Shown here piece after piece: positions 33,456-55,687 of a stretch of 64,000 nucleotides of DNA (the first letter of the stretch is position 1; each line of letters opens with the position of its first letter). The position numbers and the translations under genes are program-made. This stretch comes from Paragordius varius (Eukaryota > Animalia > Nematomorpha). The notes below the pieces were generated by a model. It saw only the letters and a list, made by a program, of their open reading frames with translations, had not been told where the DNA came from and did no database searches. The DNA is taken from assembly GCA_964247055.1 (NCBI GenBank), contig OZ176050.1, positions 4,278,001 to 4,342,000 on the forward strand, written 5' to 3'.

Positions 33456-34134
33456 TAAACCTTAATTTTTGCTATGTTAACTAATTAATTATTAATTTAC
33501 ATATTTGATTGTATTACCAATATACATCTTTATTTCATACTTTGTAGTTTAAAACAATGAGTTATATTTAAACAATTCAAGCTTAAAAAAATAAGGGGTC
33601 CTTTGAAAAATATGACTTGTCTTTTATATTTTACGTTTTGTCCGTATAATTGCTGTTTTTACCATATATGTGTGTAGTATATATGATTTCTGAGATATCG
33701 TAGAATTCGCCCTTATTAAAATAAATATAATATATATATATAATATATATAAAAACTTAAATTTGCTAAAAATATTTTTTAATTTATTATACGCGGCTTT
33801 AAAAATAATTATTAACCCTTATTTATACGGAATATTTATACACTAAAATGAGAAATGAAAAATTATAGTTTAAAAAGCCTCTATTTCTTAATTATCAACT
33901 CTGGGCAAATTAGGTGGTCTACAAGCCTATATGAGTTGATTAATAACATGTTACCAGCATTTATCTTTAAATCGCAATATAATATATTGCATACATTTTT
34001 AGTTTTCATTCAATATTTGCGTAATTTTGCCATTTGACCTATATGAATGAATATCTTTGATATATAAATTATTATGTTTCACAAAAAAATAATTGTTTTA
34101 TTATACATGAAGTAGAATTTAGTGGCTATAAAAT

Positions 34135-34860
34135 TCAACAAATATCCATAAATGCAGTACCATTACTCCACAATACAATAGTAGTTTTTGAGTGATTCGT
34201 CGTTTTTAATACTGAAGCATAAAAGTTAAAATACTCGATATGTTTGGTCGGTTTTAAGTTTGTGAATAGGTTAACAATGATTGCGATTGGATTATCTCGT
34301 AAATCCAAATGTGTCAGCAGGACTAAGGTATCAAATATATTTGATGATAGATACCGTATTCTATTGTGAACAAACAACAGGTGTTTGATATACAGTACGG
34401 TGGTAATGTTTGGAAATGCCCAAACATGTTCAACTCGATTAAAAGATATATCTACTGTAATAATTGGGGGTCGGGTTAAAAATATTTTTTTTACCCCATT
34501 ACCAGCAATTTCAATACTGTTGCTTTTGATAAAATGTACAAACTTTACGCCATAATTATGGATAGTTAAGGTTTTTCGATTGATTTTTATATATCGACAT
34601 TTGCGAATATCACGGTTAATTTTGGCATTTTTTCGAGCCCGTAGGATGTAAAGTTCATTTTCTTCTAATGCCAATTTTTTGGGTGCAATCGAAAAAAGGG
34701 TATCCCATTTAATATTTTCTTCGTTTGGACCATTTATTTGTTGATAATTTGGGAATTTATATTTCTCAATATTAACCATGTGAGACCAAAGTATGAATAT
34801 AATTGTTAAAATGCAACATGCTCCAGATATTTTGCATAAACAATCACTACCCCATAACAT
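34135..34860 (-). CDS. Intronless leucine-rich-repeat protein, 241 aa, with N-terminal hydrophobic segment
   Basis: LRR-like motifs VDISFNRVEHV and IKHLLFVHNRIRYLSSNIFDTLVLLTHLDLRDNPI; hydrophobic CCILTIIFILW near the N-terminus; AATAAA at 34102-34097, shortly after the stop. Confidence 0.7.
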   Translation of the reverse strand: MLWGSDCLCKISGACCILTIIFILWSHMVNIEKYKFPNYQQINGPNEENIKWDTLFSIAPKKLALEENELYILRARKNAKINRDIRKCRYIKINRKTLTIHNYGVKFVHFIKSNSIEIAGNGVKKIFLTRPPIITVDISFNRVEHVWAFPNITTVLYIKHLLFVHNRIRYLSSNIFDTLVLLTHLDLRDNPIAIIVNLFTNLKPTKHIEYFNFYASVLKTTNHSKTTIVLWSNGTAFMDIC

Positions 34861-35304
34861 AAAACGACGGATTCTTGAGAAATTTAATTATGGACATGTA
34901 TATAAGTTAGCTGTTTAGGTAAAAAAATATACCGAAAAAAATTCAAACATAACTAATTAAAACATTTGAACAAAGCATTTTTGATTGTTATAACATTTAG
35001 TGTGCCTAAAAACTGTGGCAGTCTATTTTGACGTGTACCTTGTATTTAAATTTATCCTTTCAAAGATATTTGTAGAAGATATTTATGAAACTCAAATAGT
35101 AATAAAATTATTTTCAAAAAATCATGGCCAATTTTCAGAAACGGTTGTCATTTTCAACGGTTTTTGTTATAAAAATCGAACCGGTTTTAAATAGAGTGAA
35201 AATTGAAATTATACAAACCAAACGTAAAAATATAAAGACAAATATTTTTTCAAAAGACAACCATACTTTTTTTAAAACCTTAATTTTTGCCATATAAACT
35301 ACAA

Positions 35305-35465
35305 TATGCATTTTAATGGTTGCTTATTTCACACTATAGTTGGGCAATTTGCAACACAGTAGTTGGAAAAACAAAAAATGTTGAAAAAACAATTTTTTTT
35401 CCATACACTACTTTTTTGCAAATTGCCCAACTATAGTGTGAAATAAGCAACCATTAAAATGCATA
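35305..35465. mobile_element. 161-bp hairpin MITE with perfect 50-bp inverted arms
   Basis: 35305-35354 is the exact reverse complement of 35416-35465; both ends are TA. Confidence 0.85.
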
Positions 35466-36586
35466 CCGTAATTAATTCAACTTGTAAAATACATAATTGC
35501 ATGTTACCAATATACATTTCTATCTCATACTTTAAAATTTTAAACAATGAGTTATATTTAGAATGATAAGGTCTGTCTTTTGAAAAAAAATATTTGTCTT
35601 TATATTTTTACGTTTCTGTATAATTTTTATTTTTACTGTAAACATTTAAACTAGATTGTAAATGAAAATGTAATTTAGGATCAATTTATACATATTTATA
35701 TATTATGTATATAATAACGAAAACTAAATATGTGATAAACCCAAAACATGCGAATAAATTCAAAAATGTAGATATAATTTGATAACATTTACAGAATATT
35801 CCGGATATAAATTTAACCAAAAAATTTCTTTATTTTTTGAGAGATATTCCCAGGTTTGTTGCATAGGTGCCAAAGTTAAATAACAAGAATAAATAATTTC
35901 TCTCTGTACTTCCTGATCGAGGTAATCTCTAAAAAAGTTGCTTAATTTTAACAAAACTCGAGTTTAATCTCTTAATCTGAAACCGTGGGTATTGATTGAC
36001 AAAGTATATATATAAATATAAGAGTGTTACAATCGGCCTCAGTTGTAATTAAATAAAATCGGAACCGTTTTCTTAAAAAAATGTCGAAAATGTGTGAATA
36101 AATGGGTGCTTTTTTTTATAGAATCCAGTTATTAAAAGCAACCTTAAGTTTGTTTCCGAAAAATATTGCAGTCAATTAAAATTTATATTTTAAATAATAA
36201 ATATGGTGAAAATTATATTTGAAAATTTAGTTGCTTAGATAAATGTAATTATTTAGTGCCGTATCTTCCAATCTCATTAATGAAATACATATACTGTTTA
36301 TAACTATGGTTAAATTTCATTTATTGTGGTATCAAATAAAATCACACTGAAATATGCAAAAATGATGAGCAGAAAGTAAAAGCTACAGAAACTAAATTTA
36401 CATGTTAAAATATGTTTTAATTTTGATATAAATTATATTGATAAAGGTAAAAAATGTTTATGATTGCACATGATATACATTTGTCAAATATAGTTCAGTC
36501 CAAATGCGCCACTCATTCCCTTGAAAGCCATGCAGGATAAAATCTAAAATTTTGTAATCTAATGTCCATATACCACACAGTAAAAA

Positions 36587-45723
<9,137 letters not shown>

Positions 45724-45896
45724 ATATTTGACTGGTATTGTGCATGAACGGTTAATATATGTTTTTTATCATTTTAAAGTAATATTTTATAAAATATTGT
45801 TTTTTTACAGTGTTAGCGTTTATACTATTATAATAATTTATTATTGACGAAGAAATATAATATAATATATAAGGTCATCATGACACAACTATTTAA

Positions 45897-46473
45897 CACC
45901 TCGATTCAAATTGGGGTATCTAAATACCCCAGACTAAATTTAAATTAATTTTTTCAAAAAACTACTGAAGGAAACGGTCCCAATTTAAATTTATGCTTCT
46001 ATCCTGATAAATATTATTATATATATGCCAAAATATCTTGATAAAATTTTGTTTTGAAAAAAGTTCCGCCTCAAACTACTTAAACGCCATTTTTATTTTA
46101 CAAAAATTTTACAAAATATCGTCTTCATTTAATTTTAAGGGTAAAACTAAAGCTTGTTTTTTATATAAATTACATCTAACATTGATAGAAATAGAAAAAG
46201 CGGTTATTTTGTATTTTTTAATTTTACAATTTGCAACATGTCACGTTGACTAATTTTTTACCTTTCAGTTTTAGCTCAAAATAAGTAACATCAGGTATTT
46301 TTGAATAAAGGTTTTTATATATTTCGGTTTATTAATGTTATATAAGTGCAAAATTTTGCCATGGTTTCGATTGCTTCCATACTTTTTAAACTATTTGATT
46401 TTAAACAGGCCTGGGGTATCCAACTACCCCAATTTGAATCGAAGGACTAAAATGAGTGTGTTGTATCCAAGTG
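45897..46473. mobile_element. MITE family A, copy 2 (about 170 bp upstream of TMEM245 ATG)
   Basis: TTAA|CACCTCGATTCAAATTGGGGTA...GTATCCAAGTG|TTAA; orientation opposite to copies 1 and 3. Confidence 0.88.
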
Positions 46474-47891
46474 TTAATACAATGATACACACGTGATTAC
46501 TTTAAAAGTTATTTAAGCTTTTTTAGTTACTGCTTGTTTTTAGCAAATGACAAAAATTGCGTACATTTAGTTAGATTTTTGGTGAAAGCTATTGGTTTCA
46601 GCCCAAAAAATATTACTATCATTTATCATGAACCACTAAAAAACAAAACAATATTTTATAATATTCTTATTAAGAGTAGGCAATGAAAGTCCCATTCTTA
46701 AAAAGCTTGTTTTTTTAAAATACAAAAATGTTGAGTATCAACGATTAAATCTTTAAATATATGCCAAATAACATCTAAAAGTTTTTTATTGAAAAATGGA
46801 ATTATTGCTTACAAATTAAATTTATAGCATATTTGTATTGAAACGTTTTTCATACAATTTTGAGGCAAGATGGAAACTATATAAAAAAGCTGTTAGATAT
46901 TGTGACTTGTCTCTTTGGAAGCTATTTAGCATTTTTATATAAGAATAAGTTCGTAATATTTATGTTAAACATAAATTGTTATATTAAAAAATACACAAAT
47001 TTAAAAGCAAACGAACGTTTAATTTAAATTCTGTAAGTTCATCATCGAACTATTTGTAACTGTTTTTTAATAGCTAAAAGCGCATTTTACCGTTTTCATC
47101 ATGATTAAAAATTCTATAAGTACGCTCTAACTATATTTTAGGAAAAAAGTTAGAGTTAGATCTATTTGTTAAATTGCTTAAGATGTAAATTGCAGTTATG
47201 GATCATGAAAAATTATTTTAAAGGGAGCTAAATGCTATAGTTTATTAATACATGTGAAATTTATTTAGAAAATAAGGCCTTGCTGAGCTCGTGTTTTTTA
47301 ATTATGCTCAAAAAATATAGGCGATATAAAACATCGAAAAATTAATTATTGTGTTAAAAGAGGCAGGTATTGATAAAATCAATTTTAAGGATATTATACT
47401 ATGTATTATTTTAAATATAAACAAAAATCTTTGTTGTTAATTTCTAACGCCACAGTTGGTGTGATATTCCAGAACGATATCACAAACCTTTGATAGTTAC
47501 TTTTTATATATACGTTGCGAAACATTTGCTTCAAAAATATAAATAAATTATATTATATACATATAAAAAGCACAATAATATTTTTGTTACAAATTTTTTG
47601 ACTCCTATGGGCAAACACAATAATGGAATTGGGATTGTGCAAAATTTTATTTAGCAAAAAAATTTCCGAAACAATGAATATATTTCTAAAAATTTTATTT
47701 ATATCAAAACTTTCGTGAAGCGAGTTTTATGGTATTTTGATACACAGTAGAAACGGTATAGCACACTTTAAAATATAATATAAACATTTTTTATGTAATT
47801 CATTGATTCTGAACATAACTATCACCTCAAAGATTAAAAAATGTGTTTAAAAAAGCAATTTATAATATACCTTTGAAGACGAACGTATTAA

Positions 47892-48449
47892 CACGTGGAT
47901 ACAACACATTCATTTTAGTCTTCGATTTAAATTGGGGTAGTTGGATACCCCAGGCCTGTTTAAAATTAAATTCTTTAAAAAATATGAAAGGAATCAATAC
48001 CATTTCAAAATTTTGCACTTATATAACATTAAGAAACCGAAATATATAAAAAGTTTTATTCAAAATCACTTGATATTACTTATTCTAAGCTAAAACCGAA
48101 AGGTAAAAATTTAGTCAACGTGACATGTGTGGTAAAATTAAAAAATAATATAAAATATTCAATTTTTCTATTTCTATCAATGTTAGATGTGATTTAAATA
48201 AAAAAAGGCTTTAATTTTACCCTTAAAACTAAATGAAGACGACATGCAAATATTTTGTAAAATAAAAATGGCGTCGAAGTGGTTTGACATGGAACTTTTT
48301 TTTCAAAACAATATTTAGATATTTTGGCATATTCATATAATTTTTATTAGGATAGAAGCATAAATTTAAATTGGGACCGTTTCATTCATAAAAAATTTTA
48401 ACTCAAATTTAGTCTGGGGTATTTAGACAGTCCAATTATAATCTAGGTG
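47892..48449. mobile_element. MITE family A, copy 3
   Basis: TTAA|CACGTGGATACAAC...TCTAGGTG|TTAA. Confidence 0.88.
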
Positions 48450-51242
48450 TTAAAATAAATTTTGAGGTGATAAAAATGTTCAGAATCATCTTCTGTAGAA
48501 AAATGCCTTTATTTAAAATATTTTCCCATCGGATCAGAAATATATGTAATTCGCACCAAAATTTTGCAAAAAAATTAAATTTTTAAGCAAAATATTAATA
48601 TCGGAATTTTTTAATGAATTTATCATATATTTTAGTGCTCGATATTGACATTTTGTGTTTTTTAAGAAATTTGCCCATTTTAGAAAGGTCCAAAAAATTT
48701 ATACTTTCGGAAAAAACATATAAAATTTAAAATTATCATGAAAATATTTTTTACAAATATTTTAAATGATATTTTTTGAAAGAACATTTAGCTTTCGCAT
48801 GCAAAATAAATGCAATAGCCATTATCTGAATCAAGCAATCTATCATATTACCCATAAGACTTAAATAGCACTATTGTAATCTAATACATTTTTCTCTCAA
48901 AATTAATATCAACAGGATATTTTTTGTGTGCACAGTGTAATTAAAAGTAAATATTATAAATATCATTCAGATTTAACCATCGCACCAAATGTTTTTGGCA
49001 GACCTCACGATGAGGAGAACCTTAACTGACATTATCTGACTCAAATTTAAAATATAAAAAACTAACACATTTAACACTAAATCTTGGCATTTATGGCCAT
49101 GTGAATGAGCCTTAAGCTAGAATCGGTAAAGCCGTTTTTATGGCAATGACTCGACTAACTGTTCTATTATAGACAAATTTTGAGCATTATTTTTGTGGCA
49201 ATTAAAAACCTTTTAATTCAAAAAATAGAGAAAAATACGGATTCATATTGTATAATTTTAGCCGATATTTACATGGACAAATTTAGTCAGTTGAACGGCT
49301 CATTAACATGGCCTATATGTTATTATTTCAAATTTTTGACTAACATGCAAATTTTATGCGTTTTAATTTTGGTATTGTCGATCCTAAAGGTTACGAAGTC
49401 TAAATTTATACCAATAAAATATTCCTAAGACTATTGATCCAATAATTCCAGGGTTTAATAAAAAAAATGTAAAGCGTTTTTTTAGATTCTAACGTGAGTT
49501 GTACCCCCCTTCAGACTAGTATAACGATGTAATTTATAACAAGTTATAAAACAGAGAATTTTATAAATTTGAATAAAGTCATACACGAAGTTATTAAATT
49601 TTGAACAATGTGTTTAACGATCTTGTAGAAATATGATGGAATGGTAATATATACACGATACGCAATCGTTTGCGACCCGCATCCGGCGCGCAATGCACCG
49701 CTGATATACTCTAAAAAATTATTGTATAAAAACAGCTTTAGTCGAAGAGGAACATAAAAGTTTAAATTTTAAAAAAGAAATTTTAATACATTATATGGCT
49801 GAAATAAATTTTTTTTTAATATTTATTAGCGCACCATTTATTCAAGGTGTAATTTATAGATAAATCGCTTTTCAAGCTTGGTTAAAGATTAATTTTTATT
49901 TAATTTTTAGGTACTGCATATAACATAACGATTCTAAAGTTTGGATTAAGCAAAATTAAGAAGTTTTTTTTTTACATTTTTTCTATCCTTCACATATTTT
50001 CCCATTATGGTTAACTTAAGGTCCGTTTTTTTATTATTCTTTTGTAAATCGCACATCAATTTTTGGATTAACCTATATATATTTACAACCAATTACTTTC
50101 AACACTTTATATTTTGTAAGTTTTATACTAAGTTTTTCGGTTCATTACCCATGATAATTACTTTTTGATTCGCTCAAAAACAAATGACCTTGTAAATTTT
50201 ATATATAAAAACAAATTTTACAAATATCATAATCATTTAATATAATTTGCCGAAATGAATTGTTTTTTATTATTTCTTTTATGGGCATATATTGGCTATT
50301 TTAAGAGCCAACCACTCGCCCCACCTCCAATTAATTCTAAACAAATTACTGCGTTGGATTATTTGAATGATGTTATTCTAAAACACTTGAATATAAAGAA
50401 GGTCTTTTTACAAAAAACCAATTAAATATATTCTTATTCCTCATAAATCCACGAAATTTGAATCGGTCTATTATTAAAAAAATATTAATCGGTTCAAAAC
50501 TTTAGGAAAGATCGTCACCAAAATCATTTTTCAATCAATAATCGTATTTTACCGCCTTAATAGGCTATGATATCCCAAATTTTTAAAGTGGATTTAATCA
50601 AAGGGAATCTTTGCTTTTTTTATATTTTTTGTTAACTTAATAATTGTTTAACATTTTTACTTTTAGCAAGCTTAATTATAAAGCAAACTTTAGTAAATTA
50701 TTTTATTTCTATGGTTAGGGTTATAAAATTATATATAGTCTCAATTATCCACTTTAATAATAAAAAATAAATACTTCGATATCCGATTAGTTCATGATCG
50801 GATGGCCCATGAAATATTTTGTTATGCATAAATACCGTTGTCCATCATTTTTTGGTCATATATAATTTTGTGAAAGCCCATTTTTTGTATTACACACAGA
50901 ATCTTAAGTAACCATTATTTTTGAAACGACAAAATATGATAATCATAATAATCATGTTATAAATTTTCCATGTCCGGATTTAGTTAATTGTAAATTTATT
51001 TTATACTTATAGAGGGATGTGTCGGAAAAAATGATTAAACCTCTAGCAGTAAGCACTGTCATATAATCTTATAGTTTGCGTTATGAACACCAACAAGTCC
51101 AAAACTTTCCCATAATTGACGTTTTTATAAAATTTTCTCCTCTTGCTTCTTTTAATAAATTATGCTATGATGCTTTATAACTACATAGTGTATCAAATTG
51201 GGGTTCATTATTAGGTTTTGTAATAAATAACTTTATATAGAG

Positions 51243-52700
51243 CAGTGGTACTCAAACTGCGGCCTAAGAGTGATTTAAAATTGCCCTATATTGATACTTA
51301 AATTATTTTTTTTATTAATGAATTTTTTAAATACATATAAACGAAATTTCGCTTATTTAATTTATATTCTTTAGATTTAATTTTGTTATCTTCAGTTTGA
51401 AACGTAAAAAAATTTTCCTACATTAAAATGATTTCAAAAATAAAGAAATATGTATTATGTCCCTGACTTTCTTCCATAAAAGCTTTGTATGAAATTTGCT
51501 ATATTTAGAAAAAAATATGAAACCGTTTACTGATTCCCAACTAATAAAAGAATGTCTAATAAATAGTTGCACTTTTTTATCTGATAAATTCCATAATAAA
51601 GATCAAATCATGGGGCAAATTAAAAAACTTCAACTTTCTGATTCAACATGTGCTCGACGCATTGAAGATATGTCTAAATATATTTTTAACAATACATTAT
51701 TGGCTATGAAAAACTGCAAATATTTTAGTATTGCTATTGATTAGCACTGATATTAGTTCAACGCCTCAATGTGCGCTCTTCGTGAGATTTTGCAACAAAC
51801 ATAGTCAACGAGATATTTTTACCAATGAATACCAAGATTTTTTCGGTAATAATGGTATTATATCTATGTAAAAGTTGGTTTCGATTTGCACATATGGCTT
51901 CCCTCTATAATTGAAATAAACAAAGGATTTATTCCTCTAAAATAATTTGCAAAGTATTTTATCCTTTCAGTGCTTTATTCATCAGCAAAACTTGGTTTGT
52001 GTAAAAGATGGCACTCAATTCGGTTAAAACGGTTGTGGATGTAGTTAACCACATTCGTGGCAAAGAATTCAACCGCCGTAAATTAAAAAACCTTCTAAAA
52101 GATATCAGTGTGTTTGATGATATTCTTTTGTACAGTGCTGTGGGATGGCTGAGCCTTTGCAAAGTATTAAATAGATTTTTTTTAAGACATGAAATTCTAT
52201 TATTTATAAAAGATAACAGAAAGTTTAACGATATGAATAGTGACAAACGGCGGGTTTTATTAGTTTATTGCGATATTATTTATAATCTTAGTATTTTTAA
52301 TACAAGTCTTCAAGGGAGCAAAATAATATTATTTGCTAATCAAACTTTGCTTTTGAAGAAAAATTAATTATAAACAAAATTTTATAAATAAAGCACTTCT
52401 ATATGTAATTTTCAACACTTAAAACGATTTTGAAGAAAATATGGAATTTTCCTCAGACATTTTTTTAATAATAGAAAATCCAACATTATTTATCATCTAA
52501 TGATATGAAATCAGATTTGAAGAATTAAAATAATAAAAATTCCTTAAAACTCATTGAAAATCCATGGCATATGGATATATCCATAACTAATTAACTTGAG
52601 CGTTTGGGTTTCGAACAGGCGCATATTATTGAAAAATTCGTAGATTTTAAAAATGATTCCAATTTGGAGGCTATATTCGAGGAGAATTGTTGAGAATATA
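51243..52700 (+). mobile_element. Decayed hAT transposon (Buster/SPIN/GTF2IRD2-like transposase pseudogene)
   Basis: Left end CAGTGGTACTCAAACTGCGGCC; fragments KPFTDSQLIKECL, LSDSTCARRIEDMS, KYFSIAID and VVNHIRGK..ILLYSAVGWLSLCKVLNRF, broken by stops and frameshifts. Right boundary approximate. Confidence 0.8.
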
Positions 52701-54644
52701 GAAATAATTTCAGTTTAGCTTAAATTAAATGGTAAAAAACGCCATCTTTATATTAAATATTAAACATGTATGGAGATTATTTTCTTAGGCTACCTTTGAA
52801 ATTAGAAGTCATAGTACTCCTTATCAAGCCATAGGTGGCTTTATAAAACGAAATTTTTTTACTACGTGTCATAGTTTAAAACGCGTTTCGTCCTTAGGCT
52901 AAGAAAATAATCTCTGTATGATATTCCACTATTTTAAATCCTATTTTGCATAAATTATATACTTTATATTTCCCATCCATGTAAGATTCCGAAATAGAGT
53001 ATAAATTTTTAAACACTCATAAACTAGATGACAAAAAAATTCAAAAATAAAAAACGATATTTTTAGTTTTATATTAATGTATATAAGTTTTTTTACTGGA
53101 TCAAATATGAATGTTACGAATTAAATAGTAAGCTTAGCTAGTAAATAACAATTATATAGTTTCTTAAAATATTTTGTCTTTTAAGTGTGTTAAAAGAAAA
53201 ACGCCATATTTTGACCTGAGATTTTATAGAAACCCTAACTATATGATTTTGGGCTATTTATATATTGAAAATATTTTATAAAATGATAATAAACCATAAT
53301 ATCTCAAATTTTATCATTATTTTTTGAATCTTAATTCGTACCGATGAGTGCTAACAAGCACGAAACTCTGCTATACTAATGACCAAAGAGTTTCACATAT
53401 CGTTTATAATTTCTGTTTAAAATTATCCTTCAATTAATTTTCTATTTAATTTTCGATTATCATTATCTTACGGATTTTACAACTGTTATTAATATCCTTA
53501 ATTTTCACTTTTTTGCCCGAGTTTAATTTTTTCTCAATATTTCAAAAACTAGGTCGTATACTGCAAATAAATACGCTGTCATAGGCTATCTCATGGAAAA
53601 AAATTATATCGTTAAAATTTTTGCACACAGTATATATATAAACTCCTAACTGACAGTATTTGCTTGTATTCATTCGATGATAATTATAAGAATTGTAAAA
53701 ATATAATTTTGAAGGCTAAAAAAATAGTTTTCTTATCTTAAGTGCCATAATATCGATATATATTTCACGCTGTTTGACAAGTTTTTAGATGTTTACACTC
53801 CAAATAAGTATATAAAAAAATTAAAAAATTTCAGGGTCAGAAAAAAGCAATTCTAGGGCTGCGGTTTCAATCTCACAGTCTACTCTATAACCAGAGATAA
53901 AGATAATAGTTTTATTTGTTTCGAATGGTTCAAAGATAGCTTATTTAACTGCTTCAAGGATAATCATACGTTGGAGCGGCTATTTAGTTGTTATACGTAA
54001 ACTTTACATCAAGCGGGATTATTTTCAATTTTCCTTATGACCATTTTTCCAGTAAGTTAATTATGGTAAGGAAATTTACATGCTTAAATAGCCATTTTAA
54101 AAGAAAATTTCCGCTACAAGATTAGGCATTAACCTTTTTTAAACTATTTATATTAACAAACGCTGCCTGATGGTTACAAACATTTTTGGATATGAATTAG
54201 CTTTTGCACTGCTAAAAAATTAATATCATTTTTAGATATGTTGTTGTAATCAAAAAAGTGTGCTAATATATAAAGAAAATATCCGACAATGCAATAAGTT
54301 TACTATATATATATATATATTTATGTTTAATGCTATATCGCCAATAAAATTAATATTTTGCACAAAGTGTCCAGTAATTTATCTGATGCCTTATCCATCC
54401 AACTAATTTTAAAACTTTTAGAAAAATAAATTACCTATTTTTTTATAATTATCTTTATTCATTATGATAATATATCCTATTTGGTATTTTAAATACGTTT
54501 ATAATTTTATCAAATCACGAGACTTTTAGTTTATACACAGCATTAAGGTTTGCAAAAATAATTTATATATCTTGGCATCAAATCATTTGTGAGACAATGA
54601 ATTGTCTTGTGTCGTACAGTATTATCAGAGAAATATAAAAAGTA

Positions 54645-54646
<2 letters not shown>

Positions 54647-54700
<54 letters not shown>
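54647..54700. repeat. (AT)27 microsatellite about 150 bp upstream of the PNP start
   Basis: Pure dinucleotide run; other (TA)n runs near 5277-5304, 13008-13030, 29138-29161, 40559-40589 and 55654-55685. Confidence 0.95.
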
Positions 54701-54705
<5 letters not shown>

Positions 54706-54848
54706 GGGATTGTTCTGTGAAATATTTTATTAAAAAATGTAATTTGATGACCATATATAAATAAACAAATATTATTTAATTTTTTATTTTTGTTGCAATA
54801 TATAACTTTGTTAATTATAAAATAATTTTATCAAATAGTTTGTTGAGT

Positions 54849-55649
54849 ATGACATTATCATCCTTTATTAATGGCAGGTAAATATTTTTTATCCAATTTT
54901 GTGATAATTTTGATGCAATCTTTATAAATAGTATTTTCATCAAGAAAGAATGAATTGTTAAACTTAATTTTCTATAAATACATATATGATCAATATGTTT
55001 TTGGTATTAGACACTCGATATTAAATAATGACCAATCTATTAAACTTCACTTTTTATTATTATATAAAGGTATGATCGATATAACAATTTATTATTATCC
55101 AGAAACTCAGGATTTAAGTTAAAAAAACATTTTTATCACATATTCATTCATTATTTTTTACCAAGAAATACGGACACAACGTAAAAAAGGCAACTATGAC
55201 CTTTTTACTTGATATATTCACATATATACATAACTATCTGGAACTTTATAAATAGATTACATATAAAAAACCAAGGTTTTATAAATATGGTTGTCTTTTA
55301 GAAAAAAATATTTGTCTACGTTTTATCTGTATAATTTCAATTCTCATGGTATATTATTTAGTGATGAAACCATCATTGAACATAGTAGCAATGGCTTTAA
55401 TGGCAATACTAATAATAACTCGTCTGTTTCTAAACCCCTAATTGACCCCGATATTGATCCCAACCGATTTGCTTTTGATGCAGAAGCTTGCCAATTCATA
55501 AAATCTAAAATTCCTCATGAAATGGAATTACCTTCGGTAGGTATCATATGTGGATCTGGACTGTATAAGATTGGTGAAATCTTACAAGATTCAATTTCAA
55601 TCCCATACCAAGAGATACCAGGGATGTTTGAATCAAAAGGTAGGATCAA

Positions 55650-55687
<38 letters not shown>

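Noticed and set aside
46038-46253. Short ORFs at 46038, 47843, 60336 and 60607
   Set aside because: All lie inside copies of MITE family A, are broken differently between copies and resemble no transposase.
49100-49165. Peptide ARIGKAVFMAMTRL resembling the region after the RT domain of RTE LINEs
   Set aside because: Match too short and flanked by stops; not enough to call.
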